Shown here one piece after another: positions 50,965-63,835 of a stretch of DNA of 64,000 nucleotides. The position numbers and the translations under genes were made by a program. The stretch comes from Dimorphilus gyrociliatus (taxonomy: Eukaryota > Animalia > Annelida): contig CAJFCJ010000005.1 in the NCBI GenBank assembly GCA_904063045.1, forward strand, positions 1,193,988-1,257,987. Reading direction: 5' to 3'. Position 1 is the stretch's first letter; each line of letters starts with the position of its first letter. The notes beneath the pieces were generated by a model that did not search any database, was not told where the DNA came from, and was given only the letters and a program-made list of their open reading frames with translations.

Positions 50965-51372
50965 TCATTTACAAACACTATCCAATTTGACAGGTATGTT
51001 GCCAGGAGGTGCAACATAATAATCATTCTCTGTTGCAGCTGCCATCTGTAGGAGACTATCTTTACTGTCGCCTTCAGTGACGTAATCCTTGCGCAAGAAC
51101 AAACTTTCTTCTTCCAAAATATTGCTTAAAGGCTTTATGTCTTCAGTATTAACAATGGACAATCTATCAGCCAAACTAATGGAATCCTCTAATCGACGTA
51201 CGCCGTCCTCATCACCCAATTGCACAAGTGACAATCGTTCTAAATATTGAATAGTCTTTTTATCAATTTTTGTTTTAGGAGGTAATTTGGAATCATCGAT
51301 CACTTTCCAGGTCGGCTGTTGTGGTACTTTAGAAGAAAAACACCGATAGCAGGATCTTGCTAAACGAAGCAT
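50965..51372 (-). CDS. GATC: Mitochondrial glutamyl-tRNA(Gln) amidotransferase subunit C
   Basis: Arg-rich transit-like N-terminus, then IQYLERLSLV, LRKDYVTEG and YYVAPPGNIP. Confidence 0.92.
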   Translation of the reverse strand: MLRLARSCYRCFSSKVPQQPTWKVIDDSKLPPKTKIDKKTIQYLERLSLVQLGDEDGVRRLEDSISLADRLSIVNTEDIKPLSNILEEESLFLRKDYVTEGDSKDSLLQMAAATENDYYVAPPGNIPVKLDSVCK

Positions 51373-52020
51373 CTGAAAGATTTATAGTAAATCAAAGTAA
51401 AATTTATTGTGTACTGAAAAATAAAATTTAATTTAAAAAAAGTAGTAAAAAAGCTTTAAGAAAATAAACAGTTCAAATTTTGCTTTATGATAAGAAAATA
51501 AATAACTATTCATTCATTTCCTTACAACACGTTACACTCCTTTCTCAATCATACTATAGTTATTACAGCCTTTTGACCCCTTAGAATAGAATTTTAAATT
51601 CTTAAACAAGGTTTTTGTTGTTTGACTTTATGGCATCAACAACAATTCTTTGATACGCAGTAAATTATAAGAGGTAAGCAATTTTGTTGAATACAAAAAG
51701 ATTTCTGTAGCTTGCATACATTTCTAATAAGTAAATAAACTGTAAAACAAGAACTAAAATTAATCGGGCGTAAATCAATAAATTCCCCACCCCCCAGGAG
51801 GAGAAGTACGTACTCTAACAATCTTTCACTAACAAATTTTAATTAATATATGTGGTATTTATATATATTTTCCACTGTGTGAGTTCGCTAAAATAAAATG
51901 TATTAATCATTATTATAATGAAATTAATCTAATATCAGACCCACCCCCTTCCTTTTAGCCCTCGAGAATGAGACATATTTATAAATAGAGCCCACATGAC
52001 GAATATAAATAATAGTCACC

Positions 52021-52376
52021 TTAATTTGTTTCAAATACTTTTTTTGACGGTAGTCTAACTTCTTCGCCTTTCATAAAGTCCTCCTAAACATTTTATTGTT
52101 CGAATCATCAGTATTAAAACCAAATATTAAAATTTAAACTAACAGGATTATAAATTACTTTAACAATTAGCGAACAACTGGGACAGCCTGCTTCCTCTTC
52201 ACCGTTTTCTAACTGTTCCTGAATACAAATCGAAATTAAATTTGAACAGCTCACAAGCACATGCTTACTTTAGTTATTTCAAATTTGTCTCCACAAGGGC
52301 AAGGGTAATAATATGTTTCAGACTCCTCGTCGTACTCGAAATCTTCTATTTCAACCTCGTCATGAAATATAGACAT
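52021..52376 (-). CDS. DPH3: Diphthamide biosynthesis protein 3 (CSL zinc finger), 81 aa, 3 exons; absent from the ORF track
   Basis: Exons 52376-52269, 52218-52144 and 52083-52021 read [36 protein letters not shown]|[25 protein letters not shown]|EDFMKG...*. Confidence 0.95.
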
Positions 52377-52771
52377 AACAAGCTATAATATGAATATTTG
52401 AGCTTCTTTTTGGTTATCGTATCCCAATTGTCTTAATATCGCTCAACAACGCTTATGAGTGGTTCAGTATTCCATCTTTCAATAACCACTCTATAGAAGT
52501 TGAATATTTGTAATTCGAACTATACTTTGAAAAGAACAATTTCTGTGAAAATTCTTATTTTAAAAAGAGTCCAGTAGATTAAGAAAGACTTCTTTGAGAA
52601 ATGGACTTAGCAAGCAATCAAAAGTTAGGGTTTTTTTAAACTATTGTCGTCTTGCAGCACTTAATTAGCATATTTTTCGTTTGTATGAAGGGTTGAAAAA
52701 AAATAAGATCAGTAGGACAATGCAAGAAAATAAAAAAATTCTATATAGAAGACTATGATACCAGCTGGCGC

Positions 52772-52817
52772 CGGCCAATCAGCATGCAAGTTTCCATTCA
52801 AGAAAGGCCCCTTTGAA
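52772..52817 (+). promoter_or_regulatory. CCAAT box plus TTTGAA (CHR-like) between divergent DPH3 and formin
   Basis: GGCCAATCAG matches the NF-Y consensus (CCAAT 52775-52779); TTTGAA at 52812-52817. Confidence 0.4.
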
Positions 52818-52942
52818 TTTCAGTAGCAACGTCTCGTTTATATTGTTATAATACTTTGCCTCTGTTCAAAGCTTTAAATTTTATACATAAAGGAAAATCT
52901 ACCTATTTTAATGGATTGGCAACAACATTCGTTTTTTTAACG

Positions 52943-55900
52943 ATGGACTTGAATAGTTTGGAATACTTGATAGACGGTTAGCATATACAGTATTTTATCA
53001 AAATTTTAATTGAATAAATAGATTTAATATTCACTTTTGGCGGTTTGTTGGCTAAATCATGAAACTCTCTTAATAAATAATTTTTAGGTTACCTATTCTT
53101 TTTTAAGTACTACTTGCACGACTATCTTAGTTTTAAAACTGAGTTAACGTATATAAGAAATACTGCATTTTACCCGTAATCTCTCTTTACACTTTAATAC
53201 GCCTTTTGTAAATATTATTATTCTTATTATTTACCTTTAGTTATTTTGTTGTTAAGGTGTCGGTTTATATATGTTTTTATTTTTTCTAATTAGTAACTTA
53301 TTAATTGATCAATCCTTTAGATCTCGTTTTGGGCAAACGCATCCAGGTTATCGAATCATTGACTAAATCCTTAGACGCTAGTGAACATTCCTTTGTATTG
53401 AAAGTTCTCGAAAAATATCAGGTAAATTCAAGATTTAATTGATAAACATTGCAAATTATGAGTATAAAATATTACTTTTAATCTTTGTCATGAAAGATCT
53501 ACCAACTTACTCTAAATACATTTAAGAGAAGCTTAAAGATTGAATAAAGTTTTTTCAGTTGTGTCTCGTCTTGTAAACAGACAATCTAAAAAAAGGTTAT
53601 AATATGAAGGGGATTAGACAATGGTTGAGATGACGGTTGCTGATTCATGCGGTTTTTTTGCCTTTTCTACTATACATGTGACACTCAAAGGGCACAATTA
53701 AAAATTTGAAATACGTAGATTCACTTTACAACGAATAACCTATCGTTGCAAAATGTTAGCCTATTTAGAATTCTGAACTTGCCACAGAGAAACATAAAGA
53801 AAAGATAATATTGCGCTTTTGAAATGCAATTTTAATGTTCCATTTCATTGACTTCAGCAACAACGAAATATTGAATACAAGTATTCATGGATACTAGAAG
53901 AGCTGAGAAAGGACAATGTAACGTCTTACGAAACATGTTTGCTATTTATCAATAAGCTGCTTTTATCGCAATCATCTCTTCATGATCGAGTGGCTTTGAG
54001 GAATGAGTTGATAGGTTAGTATCATTTTCTATCTTCGGGATTATCGATCGTGCCACCCGCACCTTGCGAAGATTTTAACATTAAGGATCTAAGGCGTTTG
54101 ATTGAATATAATGGGTATGCCATATGTATGATTAGTTCTTAACAAGGTCAACTATGTTTTAACTGCGTCGAGAGCTTGTAAACAATTTTGGTTGTAAATC
54201 TTATATATTTTCCCATGACCACGTTTTAAGTTCATTCACTTATATTTCTTTCATTTCTAGGTCTTGGTATTTTAAAGAGGTTCGCTGAAATTAGGTAAAC
54301 AAAACTAATAACTCGAAATATTTATGCATTTTCTAAGCATAATTTTATATAACTTTTCATTCTTTATGCTAAACAGTATTTTATAGAAATTCTTTTCTGT
54401 ATTCTTAGAAATTCATCGTCATACCGGGAGAATGTCATTCAACTTATAGACGAATTTGATTCTTTATATGAATCTGATAGAAATGCTGTTGAAGCTAACC
54501 ACACGGATTTGGGAACTCCCATCGAGATACTCAGTGCTATTCTAGAAAAGGTAAATTTACGAATGACAAATAATGCTTAAGTGAAAATTGCTTAAGGAAT
54601 TAAGTATTCGCTGCGGGAGAAAAAACTTACGCTATGCAAATAGAGTAAGACCTGTTAGGTAAACAAGTATGTCGCTTAAACAATTGCCCTTCAAATTTCT
54701 CAAACTGATAATTTTCATGCAATGTATTATATAACGTTATCTTTAGTGCCATTTACTTAAAGACCGTTATCTCTCGGGTCATGTAATCAGAAACTAAATT
54801 ATCAAAACATCGTATAACAATAAAAAAGCACGTGTTCAAGCGGAAGTAAACGCTGCTTGTGGTCAGAAAACGGGATTGAACACGTCTAACGCCGCGCCTT
54901 CCGTTTCTTTATTTTCTTTAAACAAATCAATTGACACACTGCATCGTATACAGTTAAGAGATTCTCCGGCTGAGACTCATTTTGTTGCTGCCTTAAATTA
55001 TTTCCTTCTCATCGCTAACGTTTCATCACCAACTCGAATTACTTGGCCTCTGCTCGAAAGAATTATCGGTGAAGCCTACAGCGTTCGAGGAATAGAAGAA
55101 GCCGAAAGACATAGACAAAAATCAAAATTTGATCTTGAAAAAGCTGTAAAGAGTGAAACAGCTCAAGTCTGTTCGTCTTGCGGGAAAAACTTGGAGGGAA
55201 ACTGGGATAAGATGACTCCCACTTCTGGCGTTCCATCTCCTTCACTCCCTCCACAATTTGAAAGTGCACCTGCGCCTGCGCCTCCACCTCCCGCCCCAGC
55301 TCCACCTGCACCTCCCCCTCAACCTCCTCAGTCATGTCCAAATAGTCTCATTATTCCACCTCCACCTCCACCTCCCCCTCCAGCTCTCAATTTTAATTCA
55401 TCTTTATCTCTACCCAAGCAACCGACGAAAAAGCTTAAATCGCTTTTATGGAATAAATTACCCCCCGCAAAAATATCGACAACTGTTAATGTCTTTAATA
55501 GACTGACTGACTTTCAAATTGATGTTGATTTTAATAAAATGGAAGAAATTTTTGCACTTGACAACAAATCTCTGATTAAAACCGATCCCTCTTCCGAAAA
55601 AAAGAAATCAGATGAGGTTAGTGCAAGTTTTTATTCGTTTTAATTGATCCTGACTGAAAAACCCTAGCCTTTTGTAAGACCTCGTAAAATATTTAAACTG
55701 TTATGTGTAACGTTGAATAGACGTATGATAATTGCTAGAATATTATGTAATTCAAATATCGAACTGTCAAGCATTTAACAACTCACAACAAAATAATTTC
55801 ACACAGGTGTCATTATTAGATGGCAAAAGAAGTTTAAACATCAGCATTTTTTTGAGGCAATTCAAAAGGGACAATGCTGAAATAGTACGCTTAATAGCTA

Positions 55901-58609
55901 AGAATGATAAATGTTTGGGAGCTGAGAAGTTAAAGGGTTTACTGAAATTGCTACCCGATTCAACAGAGGTTTGTTTGAATTTCTTAAAGTATATAGTGTT
56001 TCGGAATTATTTGCATAAACGTAGCTGTCTTAAGCACTTGAGTTAAGCTTGAAAAAGTCTTTTTTTACTGTACCAACTTCCGATTGCTAACACTCTGACC
56101 TTCAGTTGACATGTGAACATTAAACAAAGTTTCCTTTAACATTTGTTCAATCTAGCTTCTACCTCTTTGAACATTGAATTCTTTGTTTACAGATAGAAAT
56201 CCTTTCATCTTTTAACGGAGATATGTCAAAATTAGGAAATGCAGAAAAATTTCTTCTTGAACTGATGCAATTACCAAAGTAGGCAATAAATATAATTGAA
56301 AACTAAACTTCTTAACAGACGAGTTTGCTCTTTCAAGCTATAAATGCCGATTAGAATCAATGGCAATGCTTGAAGACTTCAAACAGCAATTCAACTATTT
56401 ATCGCACGTTCTTGAAGTAACAATTACAACAGCTGCTGGTAGGCAAATTTTTATACACACTCCTTTTTCAACTATGTAATTTAACACGATTTTTTTTTAC
56501 AATAGAAATAAGAAGTAGCTCCTTGTTTCCTGAGTTTATACGCATAGTTACCGTTATAGGTAACCGATTAAATGCCGGAAGTTATCAAGGAAATGCTAGT
56601 GGTTTCAAGATATCCTCACTTTTAAAGTTAACGGAAGTTAAGGCGACCGGTAGCAAGATAAACCTTTTGCATTTTGTTATTGAAGAAATCGAAAAGAAAT
56701 ACAGTCACTTGCTATCTTTACCTAATGACTTTAACAATCTACACTACGCTTGTCAGTAAGTACTCCTCGATTAATAGAACTTGAAAAAAGGTAAAAATTG
56801 ATATTTTTCAGAATGGATGAAGAGGCTTGTTTAAAGGATGTAACCAATTTTAAAAGAAAAATACAACAGATGAATAATTACTTGCAAACCACAGATCAGC
56901 AAGTGCATAAAATATTTGATCAAGATTTTCAAGTAGCCCTTGAGAGATTAAAATATTTACAAAATCAGATTGAGAAATTAGAAGATGTTAAACTAGATTT
57001 GTGCACATATCTTTGCGAAGATGCATCCACTTTCAAATTTCAAGAGTGCTTTTCAGCACTAAATAATTTCGTTGAAAAATTTCGTAAGTCTAATGAAGAG
57101 AATATAAAAAGAAGAGAATGGGATAAGAAATCTGAAGAAAGAAAGAGTCGAAAACTTTCAATTCCCAATATTTCCACTGCTCCTATTGAGCTTGGAGGAA
57201 AGAGTGAGCTAGAGCATGTACTTGAATCTTCCAACTTCTCCAGGACATCTAGCATGAGGGGTTCTCTCAATAGAAGGAAAAAATTAAGTGATCGCGAGAG
57301 GAGCTGCTCCCCAGGAGCTTCCCCTTCACCCTTACCTGTAATCACACAGCCCTCAGTTGCTGCTTTGATAGCAGGAAGCAGAAGTTCTGTTGCTTCCACT
57401 ACTTCACACGATTCTGGTATAGATTGTGAAAACACAGCATTCAGTCGAATGTCTATTGCTTCGAACAGCAGCTCAGGTAGTGATGATTCTTCAATTCCTG
57501 TTTTTTTGCGAAATCACAATCTCAGAAATAAACAAACAGGTTGCATTGAACAGTCACTAGATAGACAGAGGAAAATATCACCTCTTTCTGATGATGCTTT
57601 TTTGAGAAATGCCTCCGAAAGAAGATCTCAGAGAGGAATCCGAAATCATGTCAATGTCGAAGATGTAAAATCTGCCATTCAAGCTACAACAACAAAAAAA
57701 GAAACTAGTCAGAAGCCATTAAAAGACGATGACATTGAAACATCGATATCGGAAAAAGCCTTACTGAATCATTTAAGTCAGCCGAAAAAGAAATATCTGG
57801 ACAAAACACCAGCTAGTCATAAGCAATCGTCAATACCTGATGAAATATCTAAAACAAATTCAGATTCTCTAATTAGTGGAATTCCCCGACATAATTCTAT
57901 TAAGGATAGAAGAGAACGAGATAGTCGGTGCTTTGGTCAAATCTTACACGAAGAATCCAATTCGGAACCTGGTCCTGTAGCGGGTGTGACCAAAGAGAGG
58001 CTTCAGCGAAGACTTAGTGGTTTGTCAATGCTCTACTCAGACATAGATCACGCTCAGCTAATGGGTAGAGGTACATCTGTTGAGAGTATTCGATGTAAGA
58101 ATGATCTTGAAGTCGTCTGCAATATTGATTTGGAACAGCAGTCGTCAGGTTCTAGTACACCAACTTTGGTTAGATCAGGCCCATTGAGATCATCTGCGGA
58201 GCCAACTAAAAAGCCTACTGTCTTTGAGAGAGGAGGAGCAGGGCGGAAAACTATAGGGGCAAGTGCGTTCAGAGAAAATAAAAAAGTGGCGAATGAGCGA
58301 TCAACGAATACTTCCAAATTAGCAAGTAGACGAAATGCTATATCTCCGAAAGAATCAAAACAACCAACTACTAAATCTTTTACACCGACGAAGAGTCCAA
58401 AATCAGTTGGAAACGAAGTTAAGAGATCTTTTTCAGTTCAAAGATCCGTATCCGATTCGGCTCCAAAAACGGACGTCTTTTCAAGATTAACTGCATCAAC
58501 TTCTTCATCTAGATCCAGATCGAAGCCCACCTCAATAGAGAGTTCAAGAGCATCTAAAGTTAATAGAACGAATGCTTTAAACAAACAAGTAAAAAAGTCG
58601 AAACAATAA
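52943..58609 (+). CDS. Inverted formin (INF2/FHDC1 family): DID/FH3, FH1, FH2 and long disordered tail
   Basis: DID-like LFINKLL...RVALRNELIG and polyproline FH1. FH2 motifs KLKSLLWNKLP, LLDGKRSLNISIFLRQFK and GNRLNAG...GFKISSLLKL. The N-terminal exons are less certain. Confidence 0.85.
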
Positions 58610-59593
58610 GACTTGATCGTAATTTATTATTTGCAATCTAGCGGCAGGTATATATATGTACAGTATATGCTTGTATATATAGATATAGGTGCCATTTATA
58701 TAATATTTAGAAATATTTATACATTTTTAGTGATTATTTCTATATAAAATACTTTACAAATACGTGCAAATATATATTAAGGTATGTACCTATCGTTTTG
58801 TTTCTAAAGAATGTTTTATTACTCTTGTTAAATGTTAAAAGTAAAAAAATTGTTTTTCTAAATTTTAATTTATACATTTTAAAAGTCTTTCTTGACAAGT
58901 TGGCTATAAAATATAATGCCGTGCTTTTTTTTCTTACAATCAAATGTTCGTTTGTAGTATATAAATAAATTTTATGAACTTATAATTACTCCTTTTAAAC
59001 CTACCAATCTTTCAGCCAAAAATAAAAGTGTACGCACATTTGCAAGTATCTGCCATTAGCTGGATTTAAAAAATTTGTTATTTTTCAGGTGGATACTGTT
59101 TCAAAATATTTTATTGAATACTATTGAATTAATTAGTTCAAACAGTTCATCAAGTATCATAGAATGTAAATCTTATTGTATTTATTTTATTTCATTCAAA
59201 GATAACAAATATTTCTTCATAAACGTTTCGAAGACACATTGCAATATATATATTTATTGCGCTAAAATCAAAAATTTATATAGGGTCTAGCTAGCAGCCT
59301 ACATAGAGAGTAACGGCCAAAGAAAAGTATGTTTTGCATGAGCAAAAATACTAAACAGAATATGATTGTTCTGTAAGAAAAGATCTTAAATCCTTTTTTG
59401 GAAAAATGGAAAGAAAAGGTTATTATATATTCCGTGAGCAATTCACATTTATTTATAAGGGATCGTTGATCACACAATATATTACTAGAGAATGAGCGAT
59501 AATAGATTACATCCGAAAGTGTTGTGATCTTATTTTTTTTTATGAAGCTAGAGTTTACTATGTCTCCTTTTATGTAAATTCTGCGATGTAAAA

Positions 59594-60295
59594 TTGTGTT
59601 TTTACGTTTTAGATTTATTCATCAGACAACTGTCAAGAGGGAATGATGTAATTCTGGAGATTGAAGAGGATGGAGTGATAATACATGTACTTGTTCCTCT
59701 AAATGTGGATAGAGTCCTACAGCCCATAAAAAATTGCATTCATATTCGGCCGAAAGTCACTCCACCAACCTCTGTCTCTAATAACTTTATTCGACTAGCT
59801 CATCCAGGATTTGAAGTTGTTCGAATTCCTACATCAGCTTTAACCGTCACAAATTCTTCTAATTTCGTATCAAGAACTATCCCGATACTGCCTAGGCCTG
59901 TTGAAATGATCAGCTCAAATGTTTCTCTTGTTCAAAAGTCTGATAACAGTTGTTTACAGTTATCAGATCGTTTAAATTTTGCCCAAAATATTATAGAAAA
60001 GCCAAACGAACCGTTGTTGGGCAGCAACTTTCCCATTAATCTTCATTCTTATTCAAAGACATTCCTTTCCAGAGCAGAATCTATGTGCAATTACAAAAAA
60101 CGAGGAAGAGGAAGGCCAAGGAAATTTCATTCTGGAAAGATTATCGATAGTAATCAGATCAGTCAGAAAAGAGAAAATGATAGGAAAAGTACTGATGAAA
60201 TGTTGCGTCAAGAATGTTTAAAGAAAGTTTGCAAAGTCAGATTGATTAAGTTATCGGAAGATACAATTAAGTTTTATACAGTGAAGAAACTATAA
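59594..60295 (+). CDS. AT-hook-containing nuclear protein, start not resolved
   Basis: Long ORF (acceptor ttag near 59611) with canonical AT-hook KRGRGRPRK and C-terminal VCKVRLIKL. Confidence 0.55.
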   Translation: MCFYVLDLFIRQLSRGNDVILEIEEDGVIIHVLVPLNVDRVLQPIKNCIHIRPKVTPPTSVSNNFIRLAHPGFEVVRIPTSALTVTNSSNFVSRTIPILPRPVEMISSNVSLVQKSDNSCLQLSDRLNFAQNIIEKPNEPLLGSNFPINLHSYSKTFLSRAESMCNYKKRGRGRPRKFHSGKIIDSNQISQKRENDRKSTDEMLRQECLKKVCKVRLIKLSEDTIKFYTVKKL

Positions 60296-60477
60296 GAAAA
60301 TTTTAAAATATTCAATGAGACTTTTTATTAAAGAGTATATTTTATTGTATTAATATTTCTTTTTTGTTGAAAATAAACTAACAAATTCTTTTCAATACAT
60401 TTAATAAAAAAGGTATATGACTGATTTGATAATGGAATCTTGTTGAAACTGTTCATTTTTTCATTTTGTTAAAGCAG

Positions 60478-60715
60478 CTACCCGTCGTCCCCAAAGTCAA
60501 GAGATTTTTCAAGTCTTTTCTTTTGTTTCCACAGTTTACTTAACCATATAGACCACATAAGTATAACAATTATGAAGAGAACACATCCCATTGCCCACCA
60601 CACATCATCTGGTCTGTGTATCGATACTATAGTTTAAAACGAAAATAAAGATCCTATCAAACCTTTGCCTAGTCTTGACCATACTTCTATTCTTTATGGG
60701 TTGATCTGTTGCCAT
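60478..60715 (-). CDS. Small single-pass membrane protein, 59 aa, 2 exons; absent from the ORF track
   Basis: Exons 60715-60685 and 60626-60478 are joined by a 58-nt GTATGG...TATAG intron. Product: MATDQPIKNRISIHRPDDVWWAMGCVLFIIVILMWSIWLSKLWKQKKRLEKSLDFGDDG*. Confidence 0.65.
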
Positions 60716-60899
60716 TCTAATGATGGTGATACTTTGAACTTTTTTAATAATTTTCTAAAAGAAATTGCTCGAAACTTCATTAGAAATATTGAAGTATTAT
60801 GAAAATTAACACAAATGCTGGGTTATGTCTAAAAGATGGATTACAAGAACTATGGTACAACTAATAAGAAAGTTATCTTTCATGTATTTTTCCCGCGAT

Positions 60900-62761
60900 G
60901 TGAAATGTAAAGTATTAGCGAATTGCTCAAACAATCTCTTGTTTTGAATAAAACAATTATCACTCATTTGGCATATGGTGTTTAGATGGTCACAGATGAT
61001 AAAATTATATTCACGTGAATGTAATTTTTAAAAGTATTTTAGTATCATAAAGTTAAATTAAAAAAATGATGTTTGATAGTCTCATTACAAGCTGTGCTAT
61101 TAAAAATATTATTCCCCGTCAAACCCAAATATGAGTGTGCAGGGCAAACATCTAGAGTTATTTATTTTTACTGTAGTCTCTATCCATTCTATGAGCCTAT
61201 GGCTAAAAAGAATACTGCTACCGGTGAGATAAATTTTTTTGCTTTTGCTATTCGGCAATAAAATGAAGTAATTAACAGATGATATTAATGAGACAAGACT
61301 TTAGTATGTTGATATTCTGTTCTCTTGAAGCATTAAATGCATTCCTAGGAAATTTTGATGTTTTTTTCGATAAACTGGAATTTAACCGCGGAGCCCAAAT
61401 GTCAATAGTTTTGGCTTTAACTGGGATGTCTATTCAAGCTTACATTGTTTCAGAAAAATTTAGTCTCTTTCTGTTGTTTCTTTCTGAGTTACCAAACATT
61501 TTTTCAATAAAGGGTAAGAAGAAATTGGTATAAAAGTATTCTTTAGTGAAATTTCCTCACAGTGTCAAGGAAACTATTTTCTGGAAATGAAAAGGAAAAT
61601 AAAAGTATGTTTGAATTTGCTTGCCTTATTGGATTAATCATTGGAGCACCTATAAGCTGTTCACTAGCCGAATTGTATGGGTGAGTTTATATGTTCTCCA
61701 TCCATGCTAAAGTAGTAATTTCATAACTATTCTAAGATTAACCTCTAATTTGAATTTTAGAAACGAAAATTTGCTAAAGATGTGCTGCTATCTCAATTTT
61801 TTCGCTGCAGTGTTGGTTATTATTGTAAGTTGGAACTATTCTCCAGCTGTGAAGTATGGTAATATAAATTATATTAAAAGAAGTTTGTGTAATTAACTCG
61901 TGAGGATGTAGAACTAGATGAGAAGAGAGTAAAAATGCCTTCCGAACAGGAAAATAATAAAACAACAAATCAATGGCCCATTGTATCCATTATAACAGGT
62001 AATTAGAAACTTAGTTTACAAAATTTGTCAATTTTATAATTTAATTTTGCTTTTTTCTACAAGATTTATCTTCTTCTGTTATGGAAATAACAACCATAGT
62101 TTCAATTTCTACCAATCAAGATATTACGATAAAAGAGAAAGGTCAATTCTTAGCAATATTAGGAGCAACTATATTGGTAAATGTCTAATTTTCTGTAGTA
62201 TGCACTTGAAAGCTATCTCCCTCTCCAGATTTCGTCAACAACGGTCTATAAAAATTTAAGCGCGACGTTTTCCGAGAAGCATCTCTTGATAATTTCAATT
62301 GTAGGCTCCATTATATCGCAGACTGCCTTGGTAAATATCCTCCTTTAGATGTATTTGTTTAGTAATATTATGTTCAATTCACTACAGATACTCTATTCTA
62401 ATATTTTACTGATGATAGCAATTGTATGCAGCAGTCAAATAACTCATTTACTCACACAACAAGATCATAATATGAGACATGGTTTTTTCCAAATGCAGTG
62501 GATTATAAAAATTATATCTTCAATGATTGCCACCTTTTTACTCTCTTTCAACAATGAGATGTACACTGGACTCTTTGGTCTGTCAGTGAACACCCTGGCC
62601 CTGATAAAACTTCTCCAATATTAGAAAAGCATGTGGAATCTAGGAAAAGCTTCAAAGAATCTTTAATCCAGTAGGTGGCAGAAAATGCCACAATGTTAAA
62701 GGATTGTATCAATGAACTAAGTTATTTGTTATTGAAGCAAGACATGTATCGTCAACCTTAA
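60900..62761 (+). CDS. Multi-pass membrane protein, possibly MFS transporter-like; exon structure not resolved
   Basis: Several short hydrophobic exons with splice signals, e.g. FACLIGLIIGAPISCSLAELYG and IISSMIATFLLSF. Boundaries are approximate. Confidence 0.4.
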
Positions 62762-63365
62762 ACAATACACAGAGCAGAAGTTTTACTTAAAAAAAAAGTA
62801 ATATCATAAACAAATGATAATCAATTTCCACTATATGGAAGAAATCCCCACGGTCGACATTTTCTTTTACAAACAAAAGCCTATAAAAGGTAATTGACTA
62901 TATTAGACCGAAATAAAAACTCCGTAGATGCAATTCAGTGCTATAAAAAATAATAAGACATGATTTTTAAAAGTCCATTGAGTGAATTATAAATCAAAGA
63001 ATAAGTTTCCACTTATTGAAACAAAGAAATTGAAAAAGTATATTCCATATTATTCACAGACGTTTTGCGGTGAAAATATTATTTTTATAAAATAAGTATC
63101 AGCTATGTATAACGATTTAAAAGAAAAATGCATAATATTAAAATGGACACCATATATGTAGATTATTCATTGACTAGTGTTGTTTGAACAAAAAAAATTT
63201 TAATCAGGGAAATGGTATCAGTGATATGATGCTGTTATTTAGAGAATAATCGAAAAGAACTATTTTTACTGGTATGTATTAGAGAGTAAAGGAAATTTCT
63301 TATAACTACATGTTCGAATTGGTAAATCCATGTGTAATGTTCTTTTTGGAACTTAGTAATGTTAA

Positions 63366-63835
63366 TTATCCCATTCGAAGCATAGACATAGCACCTCTCT
63401 TTCCCATTCGAAGCATAGACATATGCCTTTTATTGTCCGAATCGTCTCTTGATGAAAATCTTTTATTTGGAACATTTCTTCCCATTCTAAGCATCGACAT
63501 CATTCTCTTTTCTAGTTCTGGTGAATCTCTTTTACCCATTCTCAACATGCTCCTTTTACCCATTCTCAGATCACTCATTCCTCTCCCCATACGAAGCATT
63601 ATGTTTTTCTCATCATCATCGTCGGTAAAGTCTGTTTCTCTTTTACCCATTCTCAGCATAGCGGCTCTTTTATTATTACTATTCTCTTCTTCTCTTCTAT
63701 CTAAATATTCTAGGTATTTTCCGATTCTTGGCAAGGGAGGAAGAAAATTTGATGACGACTCATCAGCGAAAGAAGAAACAGCATCTCGTTTACCCATTCT
63801 TAGCATAGCCAAGTCCTTTTTCGCGATTTTCTCGC
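63366..63835 (-). CDS. Myomodulin-type neuropeptide precursor, last exon; 5' part upstream or off-window
   Basis: Eight ...LRMG(KR/R/*) amidated peptides (DLAMLRM, AAMLRM, NIMLRM, GMSDLRM, SMLRM, MMSMLRM, HMSMLRM, GAMSMLRM) with dibasic sites and acidic spacers. Acceptor at 63836, candidate upstream exon near 63949-63980. Confidence 0.88.
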
